Assembly (NCBI GenBank): GCA_003971905.1
Contig: RSEE01000023.1
Coordinates: 1 to 64,000 of the forward strand
DNA from: Moniliella sp. 'wahieum'
Lineage: Eukaryota
Reading direction: 5' to 3'
DNA length: 64,000 nt
Part shown: one piece after another, positions 49,706 to 62,741 of the stretch
Position numbering within the stretch: position 1 is the stretch's first letter
Layout: the number at the start of each line of letters is the position of its first letter
Translations under genes and position numbers: made by a program
The notes under the pieces: model-generated
Seen by the model: only the letters and a program-made list of their open reading frames with translations
What the model was told of the DNA's origin: nothing
Databases searched by the model: none

Positions 49706-52228
49706 ATGCTCTTCGCGCGAAAGCCACTGGCAAGTGGGCGATGCTGTGTACTTCATCGCCGATCCTAACAACCGCCGCGCCCTCCTTCATCCCGGGCTGA
49801 TCATCGCGATCGACCACAAGGCAAAGGGGGGCCCCTCTGCCGTCTTCAGCTCATGGGCTTGGCAGGATCCGAGGTGCTGCGCATCACGATCTCGACTTTG
49901 CTCCCAAACCCGTACGTCTCCCACACGACTGAGAGGTGGCACTAACATGCTGAATGACTAGTATGAGGCATACTTGACCAGCGACTTCACCCCGTTCATC
50001 CCCCTGTCTCGGGTACAACACAAGATCACCATCATGGACGGACAGGCTGTCATGCGGAAGCGACCAAGGACATTTCGGACGACGATCTCTATGTTCGATT
50101 GGGACGAAGTGATTATGCTGCTTTCCTCTGGTGCACAAATTGTTCAACGACTATGTCACCCGCGGCTCAGCACCTTCTGTCGACGCTATCCCCTCGGACG
50201 ACGAAGACGAAGAGGGGAATAATGAAGCCGGTGCTACGAAGCAAGGGATTCAATCTATCACCTGGAGTGAGTGGGTCGACCTATCCAACCGCGATCAGAA
50301 TGGCCGCCCTGTGTTTGCATGGCAAAATCCTCGCTGCGGCTAGTAGTTCCACATTCACCCGACCTACTACCGCGCCCGTTATGGCCGTGGAAGATGCCAC
50401 AGCCAGCACCCCTCACTTACGCAAAATCTTGGGCACGGCCACACCCAAGATGACCCCCCTAAGGTCATCAACCGCCTCTCGCACCCGAACAAGTCTCCAG
50501 TCAAGCGTCGCCCACTTCACTCTTACGCTCGGAGGGCATCGACTGCCACCCTCCATTCTGAGAGCGAATCGGATGATGCCGCTTCCGCTCAGATACGGCG
50601 ACTGACTTTGAATCTCGCTTGTCCGACTTAGAGAGCGGTTCTGAGGAGGAGATGTCCCTGTCCTCCAAGCGTAAGCGGCACACTAAGACTGCTGTCCCCC
50701 GTACCCCCCGCAAACGGACCAAAACCGTGCCTTCCACCCCAGTTACTGGGCGCAAGAAGCTTGCAGCCAAGGTGAAGGCAGCCCGTTTTCCCGACAGCCC
50801 TAGCCCGAGGGGACGATGATGAAGGCGAGAACTCTTGGCCGAGTTGGAGCGCAAGTGCAAGCCATTTGGTGGCGTGGCCAAGGCTCCAGCCCATGAGCGG
50901 GCTCGCTTCCTCCTCCACGTAGGGAGTACTCCATCATTTTGCCTTGCCGCGAAACCGAATTCTGCTCGATCCAAACCACTTGGAGAACGCGCTGGACAAT
51001 CGTCAGGGGGGATGCTTGTACGTGTGCGGCGTTCCGGGACGGGAAAGACAGCCACGTGTCGCCAGGTGTCCGCTCTCTTTGCTCCACCCGCGGAGACGAG
51101 TTCAACTTTGTCGAGATCAACGGGATGAAGCTGGCGAGGCGTCCCAGGTCTACACTGTTCTTGGTCTGCCCTGCGTCCTGAAGACGATACCTCGGGTCGG
51201 GGCCAACTCGGCACTCGACTCGCTCCGTCGCCATTTGAGCGTGGAGCGATGGGCGCCGGTCTCCGTGGCGGCGGACGCAAGATGACGGTGGTCCTCTTGG
51301 ATGAAGTAGACCAGCTACTCACCTCGAGACAGGAGGTACTCTACAACTTGTTCCATTGGCCCCACCTGCCAGGCGCTCGACTAGTTGTCCTCGCTTTGGC
51401 GAACACGATGGATCTTCCTCAACGTGCGCTTTCGGCCCGTGTGGCTTCCCGTTTGGGCGGGGCCAACGTTCCTTTCCAACCTTATGACGATGCCCAATTG
51501 GCCGCTATTGTCCGTTCTCGCCTTGGCATCGCGACGGAAGCCATGGCAGTTTCCCTCCCCAGCCATGGAGCAGGCAGCCAAGGGATGTGCCCAGTCCTTC
51601 CAGCCCCATGCCATCACGCTAATGGCCAAGCGGGTGGCCGTGGTCAATGGGATGCACGACGAATGCTCGATGTTGCGCGTAGGGCCTTGGAGAGGGCAGC
51701 GAGCGCGTCGCCGCAAGGCCAGGCGCCGCCGCCAGTAACGATTGCCGATGTGAATGCTGTCTTTACCGACCTGGCCAGTTCTGGCGTCGCCGTGATGATC
51801 CGTTCTCTCTCCACCCATGCAAAGATGTTACTTTGGGCGGCGCTGTGTGCGCGCAAGACGGGACTGTGCGAGTGCACGGTCGGACCTGGTGGCTACGCAT
51901 GGGGCGTTGGCTGTCGGGCACAGCATGGGGCCGCTGCCACGTCTGCGGCGGTAGAGCGGGCTCGACTGTTTGCGCAAAGGCTTGCTCGACGAGGAGAAAG
52001 CCAGTCGAGACGCCCGCCACGCCCGATTGCGCCAAACCCCTGTCGCTGGAGACGTTGGCTGCGCCCCTGGCCTCTCTTTGCACCCTCGGGCTCTTGTCCC
52101 GTTGGGGAAGGAGTTGCCCCGGCCCGAGCAGGTGCGTGTGCGCGCGTTCTGATTGCGGTGCGGGAAGACGAGGTCGAATTGCGTTGCGGGAAGATGAGGA
52201 TCTTCGGTTCCGCCACTTGGTTGCATGA
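49706..52228 (+). CDS. ORC1: origin recognition complex subunit 1 (ORC1/CDC6 AAA+ family)
   Basis: GCLYVCGVPG/TGKTAT (Walker A split by a frameshift), NFVEINGMKL, VVLLDEVDQLLTSRQEVLYNLFHWP and ANTMDLPQR..SARVASRLG...FQPY. The long N-terminal region with basic TP-rich linker favours Orc1 over Cdc6. The start is approximate. Confidence 0.82.
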
Positions 52229-52239
52229 CCGTATGGAAG

Positions 52240-52512
52240 AGTAAAACGCGCGATTACTGTTTTCCTACCGACCATTACCCTCTTTCTTTGTATAATTTCC
52301 GTGCAAGGAGCGGCAGCAGCCATTGCTCGCTGTGCACTGCCTGGCTTGTGCGGGCCAGGCAAACCACGACATTCATTTCATCCGACGCGCGAAGTGAGGT
52401 AGCTTTACGGTAGCTATACAGGCAGCGCGTAACGGGGTCCAACAATAGTCGGTGTCTGGGGTAAAACGCGATGTGGCCGCTAGGGTTGAACACGCGGAGC
52501 GCGTTCGCGTTG
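52240..52512. promoter_or_regulatory. cluster of CGCG-core (MCB/SCB-like) motifs upstream of SLD5
   Basis: AAACGCGCG (52244), GACGCGCGAA (52384), GCGCGTAA (52426), AAACGCGA (52464) and GCGCGTTCGCGTT (52499). Confidence 0.35.
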
Positions 52513-52622
52513 TGGATTGGCGTCTGTTCCGCCGTGGCACCACAGCGCACCCTCGCCACTGCCGGCCAGAGTGCGAGCCCCCAAGCCACCTCTTCTGCCT
52601 CTCTCTCCCCTTCCCCACCGCC

Positions 52623-53769
52623 ATGGCCACGCGCCACGCATACGACTCGGACTCGTCCGACGATGACATTCCCTCTGCGCCGCCTCTGCGCTCCACTGCG
52701 GGGGACCCAGCGAAGCAGGCCTGGATGCCAGCGACGCTACCCCGCCTCTTGCCTTCTCCCCCGTCGAGGCCGCATCGCAGGCCGCTCCGCCGCCGCCCCC
52801 GCCCGCTTTGCGGTAGATGACGACGCTATGGACGAAAGTGCTTGGCCTGGTTCCGAATCTCATTGCGCGCAAGCAGCCTGTTGGACTCCGTTCCCAGGCG
52901 GGGCGCTTCGACCATGTCCCCACTCCCGGCCTCGGTGGCCTGGGGCCTTCGCCGGCCGAGATCATTGCTGCTCTCGGTCCTCCAGGGCCGCCCTTATCTC
53001 CCCCTCCTCGCTCTTCTGGACGAACAGGGCGTAGGTCTGCCCGCGTCGGTGGCTTTGGCTCGCGTTCGGGCCGCATGGCAGTCGGAACGCGGGGCACCCG
53101 AGTTGCGAATTTGGAAGGCGAGGCAGTGGTGGCGGGGAGGCAATGATCGAAGAGCAATCTGACATCCTCAACACCCTTGCCGCAGACGACGATACGACAG
53201 AGGAAGAGCACCTCCGTCTTCGCTTGTGGCCGTGGACATGGAACGGGCCAAATGGCTGCTCAAGGCGTACCTCCAAGTCCGCCTGGCAAGCTGGAGCAGT
53301 ACTCGACCTATATTCAAGACACCAGGGGAAATGCTTAAGCTGTCTTCGGCAGAGCGTGCCTACCTGCGCGGTTTGAGGGACTGCGTCTGCGCACCCTCGC
53401 CTCTACCGTTCTGGACCATTGCCGCCAGAATGGGCAGGGCTAACGACCAGGTCGCCTTGGATGCATGGACTACTGGGATGGGATGGGTACGTGTTTTTGT
53501 TTTGGGTGCGCTTGGCTCTCGACTGACTCCAGTTCCGACAGTGGACAAACCCCCGTTGGACTCGCCCGTTTTTGTGCACTGTCTACAGGACAGCGAGACG
53601 TTGCAATTACCGAGTACAGTCTTACCCCCCCCCCCCCTAGACCATGCGCGCTGACCTCACGGGCCCTTGAAGCGGCACGACGGCCGAAATGAAAAAGGGG
53701 TCCATGCACTTGCTGCGATACAGTGCAATCAAGTCTCTCCTGGATCGAGGCAGGGTGGAGCTGCTCTGA
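52623..53769 (+). CDS. SLD5: GINS complex subunit Sld5
   Basis: IEEQSDIL...EEEHLRL, DMERAKWLLKAYLQVRL, LSSAERAY, DKPPLDSPVFVHC and LLRYSAIKSLLDRGRVELL*. Confidence 0.88.
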
Positions 53770-53976
53770 CTGTCTGGTCGAAGCCCCCGTTCTCAGCATG
53801 TCATTTCGGACGTGCCTCCTCGCATGCATCATGCTCCCTCTATGTATTGCATGCTACGATTCATCGGGTTGGGCTGCATCTGACAACATCGTTAAAAGTG
53901 CGAGTAGCAGGGAAGTGGTGAAAGGGCAGGCCAATTGCGATACCATGAGACGCCAGACCCACTCAGTGTATTTGGG

Positions 53977-55802
53977 TTAGGCCTTGACTTGCTTAGCAGA
54001 GCGTGCGGCCGCTTGCTGTGCCGCTTTGAGCTGGCGCCAGACCATCACTGCATGGGTAGGGCGACGCAGATTGGCTAGGAGGGTCAGGAGCATGCTGAAC
54101 ACGGCCAGGGCAATGGCTTGGTGGGCCGAGGCCAAGGGGATGGGGACCATGTAGATCAAGGTGGCAATGCCCAGCACCACTTGGGTCGCCGCGGCATGGG
54201 TGCTGCCCTTGGCCAGCTTGAGAATCTTGGGAGGCAAGTACAGCGGGCCACCGGGTAAGGTGGCTGTCGCTTTGGGCAACTCGCGTGCTAGTTTCTTGGT
54301 CTTGATCATCAGGCCAATGATGCAGGCAAACGTAGTGACAGCCAGGATCCGGTGCGCCAGCTGCACCGTCACAGGGTTCTGCGTCAGGTTGGCCCAGATC
54401 AGTTGACCCGTCGAGACAGGGGCGTGGGTGCCGTCAGGGCCGGGACGCTGGTAGCGCGTCACGTACCGTTCGTCCCACAGTTCCTTGGAGGGGGGAGTGA
54501 GACGCCAGTCGCCCATGGTGGGGAACTCATTGTAGACCAGGCCGCGTCCAGGCCGGCGACCATAGCACCCGAAACAATCGTCACGCACAGCAACGTCGCC
54601 ACACCAGCGAGTACGCGTGTACTTTCTCACCAGCGGGTGGGCCAGCGCACGGGCATACAGCCGCGCCGCGGCCTCGCCCACCGGCTGACCCGGTTGTGCC
54701 GCAATTCCATTCGGAGACACATCCCAGCCACCAACCTTGCCCGAGCGATGGGCCAGTTTCCAGTCGCGCATGATCCCGAGCCCCGTGTAGAGCATGCCCG
54801 CGTACAGGGCAAAGGCGGCAGCCAGATGGGCCGTGAGCGGAATTGGCTAACACGAGGGTGCCAGTCTGCCACCTCGTTGGACGAGGGGGAGATGCCAGCC
54901 TGCTCTTGCGCCAAGCGCTCAGCAACAAGACTTCCCTTGGGAGGACCAGACCTGACTTGACCATAAACCAACCCAGCGCACCTTGGAATGCAATACCCGC
55001 GCGATCGCGTACAGCTTCCAACGCGTTCCAGGCCCAACCCAACCAGGCTTGGCAAGGAAGAAGGTGGCAGGGATGATGAAAGCGATTCCAATCACACGGC
55101 CGAGTACACGGTGGCCCCACTCCCAGAGGAAAATCGACTTGAAGTCCTCAAGGGTCATGTTCCGGTTCAGCCTGCGCCGAGTTAGCATTGCTTGTCACAT
55201 GTTTTTCGGGGAGAGGAGGGGAGGTACTGACAAGTAAAACTCAGGAGACTGTTTGTACTTTTCCCATTCCTCTTCCCAGCCTGCTTGCCCTGTCGGCAGC
55301 TTCCACCCCATCACAGGGTTCCACTCAACGATCGACAGGCCTGACTCAGTCAGGCGGTAAGGCCGCCAACGATAACGATCCATATACCAGCAAGGCAAGG
55401 AAGAATAGCTGCTTGGCCACGGCGGGTTGGTGAGCGTGATAGGCTTCTCCCCCTCACCGACGAGGGGGAGGTGGGCTCCTGTTGCGAGGACGGGGACGAA
55501 GAAGCAGCGACAGAATCCGCGGACGAGGACGAAGACGAAACAATGAAGCGGAGGACGAGGCGATGCCGCGGCAAAGCGCCAGACGCGGAGCGGGCAAAGC
55601 AGGAGCCGAACGAGATAGTTGAGACCAGCGAAAAGCGAACACATGGGACAGGCGCACGCGGCGTGGAGCGCACTCCAACGCGCGGGGCTGCGAAGTGGAG
55701 AGCACGCGCCATGGCGGGCGTGCAGGGGCGAGGGCGTAGGAGTGTGCCCCGGATAGGGGCACACATCCCGACGCGCCGCAGCGCCGAGAGTAGGTCAGCC
55801 AT
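53977..55802 (-). CDS. COX15: heme A synthase
   Basis: [85 protein letters not shown] and LASAHQA. Confidence 0.95.
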
Positions 55803-56337
55803 CGACAACCAAGATTGAGTATAAGGGAAGATGGTGGGGGAAGATGTGGGGCAGCTGTTCGGCTTACCAATAGCCGCCTCTGCGGCGCTGGAAGTGGCAC
55901 GATCTTCTTCCTGCCCACTCCGCTGGAGTCGGTGCGTGCGTCGGTGGGTCAGGCCGATCACCGGTCACCGGTCAGGCCGCCAGGCCCCCTCAGGCCATGT
56001 GCACTACCTTGAAATTTGGATCGTCCCTCCCGAGACGTTTATTCTAGGGGCCCATTAGTAACGGTCGTTATCGGCTACCTGTCGCCGACACCAACACTCC
56101 TTCACGACAAGTTCGCGTTACGGTACAGGCAGTGATTATCTCTCATTTGCAACCAGTGGGCTGCTCCGGGTAGATGAACCACAGCCGTCAAGACGTTACG
56201 ATAAGAGGAGGGGGAGGGGAGGGGAGGGGAGTTGAAAATGATCGCATAAAGGTCGATGGAGTACGAGATACGGATGCGCAATAGCTACGCTGTGCGCAAA
56301 AATCAGAAGACTTCAGTTGTCCTGTATATACGCCAAA

Positions 56338-57591
56338 CTAATCTTCTGCAAGGCGAGCCTTGTAGCCTGCCGCGGTGGCTTGCTTGGTCAAGTCTTCCGT
56401 GGCATAGTGGTCCGTGTCCGCGTAGAGCTCAAAGATACGGCGCAACCAGCCGGACCACGCGACACGGTGGGCAGGCAGCAGGTTCATAATAACAGGCAAG
56501 ATGATCTGCTTAGAAAGGCCCGAGGCCACCGCAGCCGTCACAGCAGTAGCAACCTGCTCGGGGTAAAGGTTAGGTCCAAGGAAGGTGAACTGGTGGTCCG
56601 CCAGTGCCGCTCCCAACGCCGTCTTGACCTTCGTAGGGCAGACAACCGTGGTGCGGATGCGATCGGCATGAGCATACCGCGTCCGCAACTCTCCCGTCAA
56701 CGCCTCGTGGAACGCCAGGGCAGCCGACTTGGACGCGCGTACGAACTCATGTGGGGCAGCGACATGTAAGATGCGACGAAGCAATCGTCACAACGTGCCC
56801 ATGGTTCTCCTTGAGCATGGCGGGTAGGAACTGCTGCACCGTCACCCAGTGCGACAGAGCATTGACACTAAACTCGCGCAGAATTTGCTCTTGCGTCTTG
56901 TCGAGGATCAACCCAGGCATAAAGATACCAGCATTGTTGACTGACAGTGTTAGCCGTCTGCTCGCAGAAGAGAGGGGGGGGGAAAAAGACTTACTCAAGA
57001 CGCTCGGGTCACGCCCAAATCGGGCGCGGATTTGTCTGCAGCGGCAGCCACAGCAGCTTTGTTGGTGATATCCGTTTTGACGTACAGGATGTCGGGGTGG
57101 CTCCCACTGGCGGGTTTGTATGTGGGAGCACCCATGTCGAGCACCGCAATCTTAGCTCCGTAAGCCTGGGAGAAGCGCTCGACCATGGCCTTGCCAATAC
57201 CGGAGGAACCACCAGTGATGACAATCACGTCACGCTTGAAGTCGATGGGATCGGGGTTAAATCGACCCAAGTTTTTCACATAGCGGGTGGCCAGGCGATG
57301 GAGGCGCAAGAGGATCAAACCCGCATACAGTGTCTTTGCCCACTTGGGGATGGCGCTGTTAAGCTTGCGTACGAAGACGGTAAGCTGGATGAGGTTGAAT
57401 GCATGAGTGCTCTGCTCGAACAGCTCGCCAGGAGCCAAGTTGAGCATGGGGCGCCGCGCCTTGCCGGTCTTGATGGCCCAGGCAGCGGCCAGGATAGGCA
57501 GCCAGGTGAGCGCCGAGGGCTGGAGCACCGTGCGTTCCAACGCGTTGGTAATCGTGTCAAGGGTGAACACGGGCGGGCGGTTGGTGGCCAT
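56338..57591 (-). CDS. short-chain dehydrogenase/reductase (17beta-HSD11/retinol dehydrogenase-like)
   Basis: VIVITGGSSGIG, VNNAG, SVNALSHWVTVQQFLPAML..NHGHVVTIAS, Y..SK (split by a frameshift) and FHEALTGEL. Confidence 0.88.
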
Positions 57592-59006
57592 GGTGGGTGA
57601 GAGAACTGTGGGCGAGGGTGTGGGTGTGGGCTGGGGCTGGGGGGAGGTGGTGGTGCACGGCAGGAAGGAAGGAGAGGATGGGCGGGGCAGGTTGGCTCGT
57701 GCGAATGCCGGACGCTGTGTTAAAAAGAGACCAGGCGCGCGGCAATCACCCATGCTCGATCATCGATGTCAGTACTCAGTGTGGGGGCGGTGGTGCGCGT
57801 CAAGCGTCAATTCCATAGAAGCTCACTAGTCACTTCATGAAAGCTCAAGGTGGGGTAAAGGCGCCTGTGCGTTGTGCCGGGGTCTGCGTCCGCCCCAGCG
57901 AGCCTGGGCGCATGAGGGGAGTCCAGTGCGGGTGAGGACGCTCGTACAAGACGGCTCTTGTGCCGGTTTTCGATTATCGACACTATCGCTGAGCGATCAG
58001 GCTGACCTGCTTGCCCCAAAATTGAGTGGGGACGAGGGTGTGGGTGGGTGGGAGCAGCCTGGCCGCTCCCTTCCCTATGTCTAACCTCCCACAGACTGAG
58101 AGGAAGAGCAAAGCGTCCGCCTTGGTGCTTGAAGCTTGTCAAGCGCTCAGGCTGAGCAGCCCCCGACTCAAACAGGACCTAGTCGCTCAGCCACAGCGGG
58201 CAACCTGGCGCAGCTGTCAACTTGAACGTTAAACCCATTGAAGGAAGTGTGTGAATCGGCCTGGCCGGTCTGCTCTTCGGCGCTGCTCGGCCATAGTCCA
58301 AGGGACATCAGCTCATCCTGTTCAGGAGGCATAGCGCTGGCTCAGCCGCCCCATGACAGGGCGCCAGCGTTGCGCGTGAAAAGGGCACGGCACCCGTGGT
58401 TGCCCCATCAGAACATTGAATCCCCTTGGCCCATAGCGGCCACAGAAGCAGGTGGCTAGTGGGACCTGGGGCCATTTATAAACACGATGTCAAGGATTGG
58501 CCTTTCCGAACTTGTACGATTTTGGCGGCTGGTAGCCACCAACCATCGATGATCATCAATCATCGCTCCTTCGATCGGCCCTACTTGCTGACCTAACCAT
58601 CGATGAAGGAAGGAGTATCGATCATCGATCATTGAGCAGCAACACGTCATGCATATATATTGCGGTGTGGGATGCGTGACGCGTGACATCTGGCATGCTG
58701 ACATGCATGTGATACAGCATCATGCATCATGCATCATCGATTATCCTCTGCTTGGGCCTTTGCCTGCACCCACAAGGCGTTTATAGCAAGCCGAATGGAT
58801 TCGTACGAACACTTTCATCGCACTCCATCTCGTACAGCAGTCATCATACCGCCCTCTACGTTGGCCACGCCAAAGGGGCCATAGCACTTGACGCTGGTGC
58901 GTTCGCAAGCGTGCATGTATGCAACAGAATGATGTATCGATCATTAGGGAGGGCCAGCCGAGCCGACCAGAAGAGAGGAACGGCAGCGCGCTTCTTCCAA
59001 TCCATG

Positions 59007-62000
59007 CTACTCGACAGTGGTCTTTTGAGCCATCGTAATCTTGTCCCCGAGGCTGAGGGCAATGCCCTGGGTCTTGGAGCGGATACGCACATGGCCTTGG
59101 ATGTGTCCATTGTCCAGCTGCTCCATGCTGACGTTGGCCAGCGCATCTTCCCCGAACAACGAGCGGGCATACAGGTTGGCCGACAAGGAAACCACAGTCG
59201 CCTGCCAGCGAAGCCTCGGGAGTGAGGCAGGCCATGTTGGTGGAGCGCATTACATGTTCCAAGTACTGCCGCAAAGAAGGGATGACCGTGTTGACGTTCA
59301 CCTTGTTTTCCCACTCAAACTCGGTCCACATCGACCGGAACTGGGTCTCGTCGCAGTACGAGGGCTTGATGTAGTCGAGAATGTCAATGTGAATGTCGTT
59401 CATCACCACCAGCCCTCCTTCAGGTGGCGCTGCCGCTTTGGCCCCTCGGCGCGAAGACGGCGCGACAACGGGTGCAGACGACATAGGTGATGTTGCCAAA
59501 GATCACACCCGTTTCCGTAGAAGCGACCTTGATAGCAGCCTTGATAGACTGGTAGTTATAAGGGCCAATGGTGTAGGTTCCCGGCCGTCCACCAGCGAGA
59601 GGTCGCCCAGCGTGGCAAATTCAATCGTGAGATTTTGGAGAGTGTCCTGCGTCTGATTGACAACGAGTACATCGAGAAGAATGTCAAATTGATGAACTTG
59701 AACATAGGCCTCCGCGTAAACCGCGTCCGAGAATCCGGTCAGCTGAACCACCCGCTGCAGTTTAGAGATAAAGTCGTCCTTGCCTCCCTCGGCGGCCCCT
59801 GTCGCGGCACCCAGCTCCTTCTCCAAATCGTCCACATCAAAGTCCTCCGCACCCTTGCGCGCAAACTGACGGAACTGGATCAAGTCCTCAGGCTGGGTCT
59901 TGGTTTCCTTGATCGCATTTGCCTTGTTTCAGCCTCGGCCTTCTTGGCCACTTGTGTTCTTCCATCCTGGCAAACGCACTCTTAGTTTCGTCGAGGAAAC
60001 CTCTTCCACATCTGCATCTTCCGCCCGCCCTTGAGGGGAGGAAGCATTGGCCGGCAACGAAGCCAGCGTCTGGATGCACGTCATGATACGCTCGCACTGT
60101 CCTCGTCAATTGGGGCTGCTGCCAAAGACGACTGTCCTACCCGCAGAACCGAGGTCATAATCAGCATAGCCTCCGCCCGCAATGCGTTGAGCTCGTCTCA
60201 TCCGCAAAGATCTGCGCATGCCGTAGGACCAGCTTGACCAGAGTAGAGGCCAATACAGTGGCCGTATAATAGTCTCCCACAGAATCAACGCGCGAAGAGG
60301 CGGTTTGGACGAAGCGCGGCCTTCGAGCGGGTGACCGCGGCATCAAACGCCGTCTCGGTAGCATAGGTGCCATCGGCACGGACCTTGGGTGCACTAGGCT
60401 GAGCTGAGCGGGTGTCACAAGAGCGTCGTTTGGTGGTGTCTCCTCCCCATGCAGAGCCCGCTCCTCCGCGGCCAGAATAGGGATCTCCCCCAACACTTTG
60501 CGAATCCGCTCAAGCGAAGCCAAGACGTCCGCCTGTTCTGTCGCATACTCACCCACAATCCACAGTGCACCGCGGAAGACCTTGCCCGACTTGATTTGGT
60601 CAAATGTGGCAAGAAGCTTGCTGAGGATCGACGAGCGCAAGTCCGGGAACCGTTCCACCACTTCTCGCACAAACGCAATCACATCCACCGCCGTCGAGTT
60701 GGAGTTGTCACCCAAATAATCGATCAGGACATGGACCACGTTCGATGCCACCTCGCTAAACTTGATAGCGCATTGGTGAATGCTCTGGATGAGCAGTTGC
60801 TTGTTCTCTGCCGCCGCCCGGTCCGCCGCCGCCGCATTCGCCGCGCTCGTTGACTTGGCCAACTCCTTTTGCAAGAAGAGGACCACCTCCTCCACGTTGC
60901 GTGAACTGACCATATCCAACGCAATGCGTAGCGCTTTGCGCCTGACGTCCATATCGGTACTGTTCAGCACCCGCAGCAAGTCCATCACCAACGGGTCAAT
61001 AACGTGGCCATGCCGCTTACGCAGCGCGTCCAGTCGGTCTAGGACGATCAGCTTAACGTTGTTATCACTCTCCTTTACCACGAGCTCAATCAACGCGCTG
61101 GCCGTTGCCTTGATCGCTGCCGCCGTCTGGGTGAGTGCAGCCAACGTCGTCGCAGCCTCATACTTGACTGCATGGCTCGGTGCCTCGAGAAGCTCAGAGA
61201 TGATGCGCACAAAGGCGGTCTGCAAGTGGGTTAGTCGTTTGGGGGTCATAGGGCGATAAGAGGAAAGAAACGTGCCTTATGTTTGCCCCCGCTGAGCTTG
61301 ATCTCTGTGCGAATAAACTCAATGACAGCGAGCTGGATGCCCTCGTCCTGCTGGCTGATCTGGTCGCCGAGGGGGAGGACGTAATTGAGCGCCTTTTCAG
61401 GCGCCACATGGGCGAGAAAGATGAGTGCGTTCCGCTTGCACGCATTGTCTGACTCGGCGGCAAGGAAGGACTCGATCAGCTCGGGGGCATCAGGGATCAG
61501 GTGGCTCGTTGAAGGTGCAGTGTAGATGGAGTAGATACAGAACACAGCGTTCTTGCGCACGTAAGAGTAGCGATGGTCGAGGCAGGCCTGGATGGAGGGC
61601 ACAAGGGGCTCCAACAGTTCTGCCTCGCGAATCTTTTCAATAAAACGGAGGGTGCTGCCGCGAATGTACTCGTTGGGATGCTGAAGGTCGTTGCGGATGT
61701 AGTTGCAGACAAGAATCATCCTGACGCAGTTTGCCCTGTTCGTCGGTCTTAGGACACACCTCCCAGTAAAAGTGCAGCATCTTTTTGAGCGCCTTATTTT
61801 TGCTGGGCAGCACATATTGGATGATGGGCATGAGCAGCGTCGGGTGCGGACGACCATTGAGAGTGGAAGTGATGATGGCGCGCAGGGCCTCCAGCTTGAC
61901 CTCATCGTCGTTCTTGGTGAGCAGCTTGCGCAGGTCGTTGGACGACAGGTTGGTCAGTAGGTCCACGCCGTCAGACGGCGCGACGACGGTGTAGGCTGCC

Positions 62001-62017
62001 GCCTCGGAGGTAGCCAT
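59007..62017 (-). CDS. SEC26: coatomer subunit beta
   Basis: [83 protein letters not shown] and [20 protein letters not shown]. Confidence 0.97.
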
Positions 62018-62333
62018 CGTGCACGCAAAGCAGGGTGATGGTGCAGACGAGCACCGCGCCGGCGACACGACCAGCTGGCCCCACGAAGAGTGGAGCGCGC
62101 CCTGCATGGGTGCCTCGCAGCAGGGCGCATGGCGCCAGTGTCCAGCCGCCGTTGCCTCCCGATGCTCCACGTGTGCAGGGCGGCTGAGGTAAGCAGCGTC
62201 CCAGTGGTCCGCATTCAATATTCATCGCTCCTCGCCCGGCGGCAAATACTGAAAACAAAGTCAGCCTGTCCAGCGGACATCCCACCCACCACCACCACCA
62301 CCATCTCCTCCCCCAGCCCAGTCCAGCACCGCC

Positions 62334-62673
62334 ATGGCCGAGGCTCAGGAGCACGCACTGCGTGAACGCCTTCTGCGCCAAAAACTGCACTCCCAGCGCG
62401 CCAACTCAGATGCAGGCGCCCCCCTTCCGCCCCTGCCTCCGCCTCTCCCAGCAGCCCAACAGTCTTCTCGGCCGTCTGGCGGCGGCCCCCGCCGAAACGC
62501 AACAACCGACCAACCGGGCAGACGGCCTTGCCAGCCGTCTTGCTCCCGCTACCTCTGAAGCGTCAGCGCCCGCAGCTCCCTCGCTCCTTACCCGCCTCGG
62601 TGGCGGAACGCCTGCCAAACAACCTGGCTCGCCCCCCCGGAGCGCGACCAAGCTGCTCGTCAGGATGATATGA
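62334..62673 (+). CDS. small hypothetical protein (~113 aa, one frameshift)
   Basis: ATG in a strong context (ACCGCCATGG). MAEAQEHALRERLLRQKL joins LASRL...SLLTRLGG...LLVRMI*. It lies divergent from SEC26. Confidence 0.45.
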
Positions 62674-62741
62674 TCCCACTCAACAACAGCCCTCCTTCCT
62701 CTCCCCCCTCGCGTCCATCTTGGGTCGTGTTCCGCGCCCGC

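Noticed and set aside
41246..62017. Pseudogene or programmed-frameshift calls for housekeeping genes
   Set aside because: Frameshifts hit almost all essential genes indiscriminately, which is the signature of sequencing error.
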